Positions 37,590 to 43,088 of a DNA stretch of 43,088 nt are shown piece after piece. Origin of the DNA: a virus; IMG/VR virus record IMGVR_UViG_3300005468_000008, positions 1-43,088 of that record. The stretch is one strand, 5' to 3'. Numbering within the stretch: position 1 is the stretch's first letter; each line of letters starts with the position of its first letter. Under the pieces are notes generated by a model, which saw only the letters and a list, made by a program, of their open reading frames with translations, was not told where the DNA came from and did no database searches. The position numbers and the translations under genes were made by a program.

Positions 37590-39539
37590 TTACCCAAACT
37601 GTGCGCCCGATGTGTTGCCGAGCAAGTCGGTCTCGATTGCCTTGGAAGGCGTTGCGGACTGATTGGGTTTCGCGGCACCACCGGCCTGAGATGCGGCGAT
37701 AAGCATTTGCATCCGGGCCTCCTTGATGTGGGCGATATACTTCTGTTTGCCCCGGATGTCCGAGGTCTCGAAGATGTCCTCCCAGAGCATCGGTGCCCCG
37801 AGAGCCATCATGTTCATAATGTCTAGATGTTCAGCCCTGCGTGCCGTGGGATTGGACGCAACGTGGTCGATGACCAGATCAAACCGACCAACCGTGATGT
37901 CGTTCCAGACCTTCTCGCCAATCTGCTTGTTGATGGTGATAATCTTCTGCCCTTGCTCCACCGACACCAACCCGGAGGCAACCGCCTGCTCCATCTCGGG
38001 CGGGATGTAGTTGGGGTTGTAGTCGCCAAGAATCCTGACACGCCTCTCGGTCGTGTAATTCTTCTGCATGATCTCGATGATCTTTTTCCCCTCGATCTTA
38101 CGAGAAACAAAGAAGTTGTCGAACGCCTCACTGATAATGGTCTCTCCTGGCCCCTGCAACGCTTGGATGCCACGGCCACTTTTGACGCCCTGCGGAACCT
38201 GTCCGAGAGAGGCGTCACCCAGACCGGAGATTTCCTTCATCTCGGCTGTCGCGGCCAAGTCCATGTTGACAATGGCGGGGACAGCCGTCAGGTCGGAGGT
38301 AATCGGCGTCACCGCGTCACGCGGGATACCGTTGACCTCGATATACTGCCCCGTCATACCAAGGCGACGCTCCACCGCCTCCACGTCATCGACGGCACCC
38401 TTCTTGCCAAAGAAGGAGTTCTTGGCCGCCGTACCAAGGATGTGAATGATCTGGGCGTGACGCTTGTTCTTCTCGTCCTGGGGGTCGAGCAAGTCCTGGA
38501 CGATCCCGGTGATTCGCCCGTTGTCGGTGTAGGCGAAGTACCCGGTGATGTCGAAGTGCTGGTACTCGGATCGCTCGTTGGAGAGCATGATCCGTCCAGC
38601 CGAGTAACTAATCTGAACGGTCTTGATCCGTTTGTTGATGAGCTTGTGGGGGACACCTGTGGTGGCTATCGCAAGTTCAACCGCCGCCTCGACATCCTTC
38701 TTCTTGAGTCCATCCGGGACGGCGGTACGTTCACCCGTTGCCTCATTGACGATGAACTGTGCGTCAATCCATTTGTATTTCTGGCAACGCAGGACAATAA
38801 TCTTCTGGGCTTCCTTGTCGTAGATGAAGTCCCGCGAGACCCCGCCAGCAAGGCCGTAGTCTTCTGTGCCCGTGCCCTCAAACTTGAACGAGTCCGACGT
38901 TTCACCCTCGGTAGAAAGGTCTCCGATCTCATCCTCGAACTCGGGCCACCGGGCAATCATGGCGTCCTTCGACATCGGGACTTCCTCAATCACCCCATCG
39001 CGGTCGGTGAGGTCATACCTCTCATGGTCGCCAATGACGTACACGCGGAACGGGTTGATGCGGCGAACCGTCACCTCGCCAAGGGGGTCAAGCTCATCGC
39101 CCCACTCGCATTTGGAATACCCCCTACCGCAGATAATCATGTCGCGGAAAATCTTAGCCCGCTCGATGTCCAGGTTGTTGACATCGCTGACGTATTTGAG
39201 AAGATCGGTCATTATCTCCGCGATCAGGTAGTCGCTCTTATCGTCGCGGGGGTAGACCTTCTCGTCGGCCTTCGATTGTCGCTGGGCACCACAGATTCGG
39301 TTGACGAACTTCCTGATCTCGTTGAACGAGATGATTGGCCGGTTCTGGGATTTGAGTTTGGCCCGGGCCTCGGTGGACCATTGGCCAAGCTCGCCATCCA
39401 CCCAGTTGTTGACGTAGGCGAAACACTTGAGCCAAATCTCACGTTCCTTCTCCTCGGCGAGTTTTGCGTCGCGGTAGAGTTTGAGGATGTGAAGCGGCTC
39501 GGAGTCGGCGTCTGTGATTTCTTTTTTAGATTCTGCCAT
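37590..39539 (-). CDS. Portal protein
   Basis: 649 aa. Its size, its position directly after TerL and its overall sequence pattern are typical of podovirus portals. Confidence 0.85.
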   Translation of the reverse strand: MAESKKEITDADSEPLHILKLYRDAKLAEEKEREIWLKCFAYVNNWVDGELGQWSTEARAKLKSQNRPIISFNEIRKFVNRICGAQRQSKADEKVYPRDDKSDYLIAEIMTDLLKYVSDVNNLDIERAKIFRDMIICGRGYSKCEWGDELDPLGEVTVRRINPFRVYVIGDHERYDLTDRDGVIEEVPMSKDAMIARWPEFEDEIGDLSTEGETSDSFKFEGTGTEDYGLAGGVSRDFIYDKEAQKIIVLRCQKYKWIDAQFIVNEATGERTAVPDGLKKKDVEAAVELAIATTGVPHKLINKRIKTVQISYSAGRIMLSNERSEYQHFDITGYFAYTDNGRITGIVQDLLDPQDEKNKRHAQIIHILGTAAKNSFFGKKGAVDDVEAVERRLGMTGQYIEVNGIPRDAVTPITSDLTAVPAIVNMDLAATAEMKEISGLGDASLGQVPQGVKSGRGIQALQGPGETIISEAFDNFFVSRKIEGKKIIEIMQKNYTTERRVRILGDYNPNYIPPEMEQAVASGLVSVEQGQKIITINKQIGEKVWNDITVGRFDLVIDHVASNPTARRAEHLDIMNMMALGAPMLWEDIFETSDIRGKQKYIAHIKEARMQMLIAASQAGGAAKPNQSATPSKAIETDLLGNTSGAQFG

Positions 39540-39582
39540 ATATTTGTGGCTTAAGCCTGTATAGCGGCGGCATATGCCGTAT

Positions 39583-40925
39583 TTATGCGGCCATCCAATC
39601 AGATGTGGCGTGTTCCCTGCGCCGAGCGTTCAAGAACGCCTTCCAGCCCCTGACGGGTTCCTTCTGCGTTGGCATCCCATAGATGTGTGCGATGGCGTAT
39701 TTAATGAGGTCACACATATGATCTTGCTTTTTCTCGGGACGCTCAACGGGGTTCTTGTCTTCGCCAACCTTCAAGTCTTTCCACTTGTAGACCTGCAACT
39801 CTTCCCTGGCGTGCTTACACGACCTGAATATCTTTAGCTTGGGAGTCCCATCCTCGCGAATCTTGAAGTATTCCTTAACTCTGTTGATCCCAGCCCTGAC
39901 CTCATTCTCAGCCGGGTCGAAGTAGAGCCCGTTATCCGAAAACTCGTCGATGACGGATCGGCCCGTCTTCCCGTCCCGGTTGCGGCAGGAGGGGTCAATC
40001 AAGTATTGCCGGATGGTCTGTTCATGAGACTTGGTTTTGATAATCTCCGCGACCTCACTTACCAGACGGCTGGACTGATAGAACTCGTCGTAGAGATAAA
40101 CGTCCCCCTTTGGGGAAACGGCGAACCATCCAACGCCGGTGGGGTTACGAAAGCCATGATCGAGCGAGATGAACCTGTACCAGTTATCAGGAATCTCGAA
40201 ATCTTCGACGACGTGAGGAGCCTTGTCTTGGAACTCCTTATACACCAACCCCTCGAACGAGTCGAACGAGCCGTAGATGTACCGCTTGATCCACTCCTCG
40301 GGGTACTGAGCCAGCATCCCCTCAACATATCCCTTGGGGAGGTAGGTATTCTCGAAGGTTGTCGAATGAACCCAGAAATAATCGGGCGTTGGGTTCTGAA
40401 CGAACATCTGCCACACCCAATCGCGCCCCTCGGGGTTGGATGTCCCAAACCCGGTGTGATGTACCCTCTGGCGACGAAGACGGCCCACCAGGGCCAACCA
40501 CATATCCTTGTTGCACTCGGTCAACTCATCAACGTAGAAGAAGCCCAGGTTTAACGACTTGATCTTGTCGAAGGCATCTTCGAGGGCGCGGAAGAGAATC
40601 GTTGAGCCGTTGGCAAATTCGAGCGAGTTCTCCGACTGATTGAACTTCTTGACGAACCCGGACTCTTTAAGGGTGGTTCTGTGGCCGTCCACATCGACGG
40701 GAAATTCAAGAATCTCCTTGCGCGTGGTGTCCCGGAGTTCCGGGTAGGTCATACGCCCAACGAGGCCCAGGTTGTTGGGGTACCACATGGATTGGAGGAT
40801 GGCCTCCGCCGAACCACAGATCGTCTTGGCGCAACCCATTCCCCCGAAATAGCCCCGGAACTTCGCTTTCGACCCATGGAACAGGGCTTGTTTGGGAAGC
40901 GGGGTGTAGGCGAGTTTGATTTCCA
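39583..40925 (-). CDS. terL: Terminase large subunit
   Basis: Walker A-like GGMGCAKT and Walker B LGFFYVDELTE, followed by a C-terminal nuclease-type region. Start chosen at GTG 40925, directly after the upstream TAG with GGAGAAG 6 nt upstream; the ORF track extends to 40974. Confidence 0.9.
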
Positions 40926-41138
40926 CTACGGCTTCTCCGCCCCACACACGGGGCACGCCTTGGCAAACGCCCAATTCGTCCTACTACACCGGCAATCCCA
41001 CCCCTCATCACCAGCCCCCTCGTATTTGTAGATCATGCCGGGGACTTCGGCACCGTCGTGTTTGCGGGAGACAATCCGATAATGCGCCCCATGGCGTTCA
41101 CGGGCTGGGACTACGTGCCCTGAGAAGACTAAACTCAT
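40926..41138 (-). CDS. Small protein with a RanBP2-type-like zinc finger
   Basis: 70 aa. WDCRCSRTNWAFAKACPVCG fits W-x-C-x-C-x3-N-x6-C-x2-C (the canonical spacing between the first two Cys is x2-4). ATGA overlap upstream. The stop abuts the TerL start. Confidence 0.6.
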   Translation of the reverse strand: MSLVFSGHVVPARERHGAHYRIVSRKHDGAEVPGMIYKYEGAGDEGWDCRCSRTNWAFAKACPVCGAEKP

Positions 41139-41422
41139 ACAATCTCCCCTCGGGTCTCAGAGTTCACACCCAGACGATCTAGAAATACAGTAAACTCGTC
41201 CGGGAACATAGTGAAGAATTGTTTGTCGGTAGTTTCCCTTATAAACCATTTACCGTAAGACGGCCACACTATGGCGGGATCACCGACACCCCATCCCCAC
41301 GGATGGGGTGCTCGTCCTTCGTACACCTCGGGTGAATTTAGAAACGCCTCATATTCTCGATTTGGAACACGGAAGACTGTGTTGACAGAGACTTTCCGAG
41401 CCCCATTAACACCACCTGTCAT
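41135..41422 (-). CDS. Hypothetical protein
   Basis: 95-aa ORF with a strong SD (GAGGAG) upstream of ATG 41422. Confidence 0.65.
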   Translation of the reverse strand: MTGGVNGARKVSVNTVFRVPNREYEAFLNSPEVYEGRAPHPWGWGVGDPAIVWPSYGKWFIRETTDKQFFTMFPDEFTVFLDRLGVNSETRGEIV

Positions 41423-41560
41423 TTATCTCCTCTTCTGACACCTCTAGCCAAACACCAACCCATAGTGGATGGTGGAGCAGTGACGGAAGGAAATTCCAAA
41501 GATAAACCGCGATCCAAAACCGTCTTTGGCCAAGTAGGGTGAGTAGAAAGTGCCTCATTT

Positions 41561-41595
41561 GGATTCAGGATTCGGAATGATTCCGGAATCCGGAT
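41561..41595. promoter_or_regulatory. Cluster of GGATTC/GAATCC half-sites including a 12-bp perfect palindrome (operator-like)
   Basis: GGATTCAGGATTCGGAATGATTCCGGAATCCGGAT, in which GATTCCGGAATC is a perfect palindrome. It lies in the 239-nt gap upstream of gene 41422 (transcript sense). Confidence 0.3.
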
Positions 41596-41632
41596 TTTGT
41601 GTGGGAATATACCCCGGAAACGAACACCCTTT

Positions 41633-41671
41633 TACACGCGATAGTCCCATTGTGGGGGTCACTATCGTGTA
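41633..41671 (-). terminator. Long stem-loop overlapping the stop codon of gene 41662-42117
   Basis: TACAC(GC)GATAGT pairs with ACTATCGTGTA (11 bp with a 2-nt bulge), plus an inner CCCA/TGGG stem. There is no U-tract. Confidence 0.35.
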
Positions 41672-42117
41672 TAAAACTGTTGCTGGATGGCGTAATTGAC
41701 CGTTGGCGTGGTGAATCCGTTCGCCGAGCCCGCATAGGTCACGAAGAAGCGGTATTCGTCCACTAGGGGCGCAAGTGTGATCGTCGCCACCCGCGCACCA
41801 GCCGCCGTTCCAGCAACCGCCCCGACGAGCGTATCACCGGCCACAACCGCTAGAACCTCGTTATTGACCACCCTACGCATGATTACGTTGGTCACGGAGA
41901 ATGAGTCCCCAAACGCCACACTAAAGGCGGCACCGGCAAGCCCCGAGGGGCGGGTGTATTTAAGGGTATCCACTTGGGAATTGGCGAATGTCCTTGTCCC
42001 ATCAATGATCGCCTTGGAGTAGGATGACGGCTGGAACCCCTGGTTGATACCAGCCCCAATCAACACAAGAGCAAAAGCGGTGATTAACGAAAAGAGCGCG
42101 AATCTGTTCATGTTCAT
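41662..42117 (-). CDS. Exported small beta-rich protein (signal peptide or N-terminal anchor)
   Basis: 151 aa starting MNMNRFALFSLITAFALVLIGAG. It looks distantly similar to ORF 33601-34041. Confidence 0.65.
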   Translation of the reverse strand: MNMNRFALFSLITAFALVLIGAGINQGFQPSSYSKAIIDGTRTFANSQVDTLKYTRPSGLAGAAFSVAFGDSFSVTNVIMRRVVNNEVLAVVAGDTLVGAVAGTAAGARVATITLAPLVDEYRFFVTYAGSANGFTTPTVNYAIQQQFYTR

Positions 42118-42357
42118 TCCCTGAAAGTCCTTCGTATTCAGTAAATTGGGCCTAGTTTAGAAACACCACATACACCGAGATCATCCCAGGTGAGTACCTG
42201 ACATACGTTACCGCATTATGGTTAGCAGCCGATCCCAGGATGATTGTCATTTGCTTGTCTCGGGCGATCCTACGTTGAATACGGGGTATTGTGGTGTAGT
42301 GTCCAACATCGCCAAACATTTGACTACGGGTGGAGGGTGTACCGTGTGGAGGTGTGA

Positions 42358-42385
42358 CTCCCACCCCAACCCCACCCACCCCACC
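42358..42385 (-). other. G-quadruplex-forming motif on the transcribed (minus) strand
   Basis: The minus strand reads GGTGGGGTGGGTGGGGTTGGGGTGGGAG: five G-tracts of at least 3 nt, separated by 1-2-nt loops. It starts 6 nt after the terS-like stop codon. Confidence 0.6.
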
Positions 42386-42390
42386 TGTCG

Positions 42391-42930
42391 CTACCCCCTC
42401 CCCCCATCCTCCACCGTGCCACCCGATGTAACCTGTTGATCCTGTTGTACCTGTGGGGGAATGTCTACCATGGGGGGATTGGTTGCTGTTGCATCACGAG
42501 GTACAGCCTCACCAGGCGTAACCTGTTGTCCTAGCTCACCCTCCCCGGCTACGCCGGACTCATGGGGATTAGGTATACTGGTTGAGATGTTGATTTGTAC
42601 CGGTGTTGATGTATTGGTTGAACTCTTCCACTCAGGGTTGTATGTTTCCAACACCTTAACGGCCAACCATTCCTTACCTTCTACGTCCATTCTGTCAGCT
42701 ACCACACGGAGGGCACGGTCGCTTAAGGTGAGATTTGCCACCCTCTTTAATTCCTCTACCCTCTTTGCAAACTCTGGGTCGGTATGTTTCCAGGACTCAA
42801 CAGCGGCATGGGTGACACCCACCTTGTTTGCACACAATGAGAGGTAGGGGAACACGGTGAACAGGGTGATAAACTTAGCCTTACGTTCCTCTGTGGTATC
42901 CTGACCCACCACGCGGGGTATTCGACCCAT
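42391..42930 (-). CDS. Terminase small subunit-like HTH protein
   Basis: EERKAKFITLF...LSLCANKVGVTHAAVESWKHTDPEFAKRVEELKRVANLTLSDRALRVVAD matches the common TerS N-terminal HTH pattern. Start chosen at ATG 42930 (AGAGGG SD 7 nt upstream). The ORF-track version begins at GTG 43044, inside the terminal repeat, and has no SD. Confidence 0.65.
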   Translation of the reverse strand: MGRIPRVVGQDTTEERKAKFITLFTVFPYLSLCANKVGVTHAAVESWKHTDPEFAKRVEELKRVANLTLSDRALRVVADRMDVEGKEWLAVKVLETYNPEWKSSTNTSTPVQINISTSIPNPHESGVAGEGELGQQVTPGEAVPRDATATNPPMVDIPPQVQQDQQVTSGGTVEDGGRG

Positions 42931-42978
42931 CTTACGACCCTCTTTAACCTGAACACCTGTTTTCACCATGTTTAGCGA

Positions 42979-43088
42979 TGTATTCGAATCTACACCCATT
43001 TGAGGGGAAACCTTGTCGCCTCCGGCGAGGTTCGTTTCGTTCACTTTGTTAGGGGATTCGTGGGGAATCGGTGATTATGGCACGCTCT
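42979..43088. repeat. Terminal redundancy, copy 2 (identical to 1-110)
   Basis: Base-for-base identity with positions 1-110. Confidence 0.97.

Noticed and set aside
39568-39579. 12-bp palindrome CGGCATATGCCG between terL and the portal gene, as a regulatory or cos-type site
   Set aside because: It is short, isolated and has no flanking repeats. It could equally be a small stabilising hairpin. The evidence is too thin to report as a feature.
42152-42379. ORF 42152-42379 (minus, 75 aa) in the gap after the terS-like gene
   Set aside because: Its N-terminus is simply the translated G-quadruplex tract (GGVGVGV). No SD precedes any of its ATGs. It is kept only as a remote possibility of a short peptide.
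1-43088. Prophage or temperate lifestyle
   Set aside because: No integrase or recombinase, CI/Cro-like switch, att-like repeats or flanking host genes. The terminal redundancy closes the genome on itself.

Overview
The window is a complete, terminally redundant dsDNA phage genome. Bases 1-110 recur exactly at 42979-43088, so the unique length is 42,978 bp. No rRNA, tRNA, CRISPR array, integrase, repressor, reverse transcriptase, DNA polymerase, primase/helicase or RNA polymerase was recognised by eye.

Layout: two divergent arms leave an ORF-poor control region (about 42931 through the junction to 556) and converge at 18846-18956.

Rightward arm (557-18845, + strand), about 45 mostly small early or accessory genes:
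- an ArdA-like antirestriction protein
- two adjacent beta-solenoid repeat proteins built on near-perfect 18-bp and 27-bp DNA repeats
- a T5orf172/GIY-YIG-like gene flanked by about 0.9 kb of promoter-driven, structured non-coding DNA
- an envelope-directed group (lipoprotein, YopX, TlpA-like thioredoxin, Cys-rich secreted peptide)
- a SAM methyltransferase, an M15-like peptidase and two NUMOD4-HNH homing endonucleases
- a DEDDh exonuclease, a DUF669-like SSB, a signal-peptide GH18 hydrolase and a NinG-like protein

Leftward arm (42930 down to 18957, - strand), a podovirus-like morphogenesis operon with many TAATG or ATGA start/stop overlaps:
- TerS-like, TerL, portal, scaffold and an N4-gp56-like HK97-fold capsid protein
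- an in-line HNH endonuclease and a tandem classical C2H2 zinc-finger protein
- adaptor/nozzle-like proteins, a glycine-rich protein and internal virion proteins
- an 896-aa tail fibre, a lipoprotein, and small membrane proteins (holin/spanin-like)

Most interesting region: the accessory island 2342-5546. It holds the two repeat-array genes, whose variation is exclusively non-synonymous and confined to fixed codons, plus two orphan near-consensus sigma70 promoters that drive structured non-coding transcripts around the T5orf172 gene.

Other notable items:
- a 48-bp gene-junction cassette reused between consecutive genes, encoding a conserved mini-ORF
- eukaryote-type C2H2 and RanBP2-like zinc fingers in the late operon
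- a strong G-quadruplex motif just 3-prime of terS
- an unusually large set of predicted exported proteins

All functional calls rest on motif recognition by eye. No database search was run.
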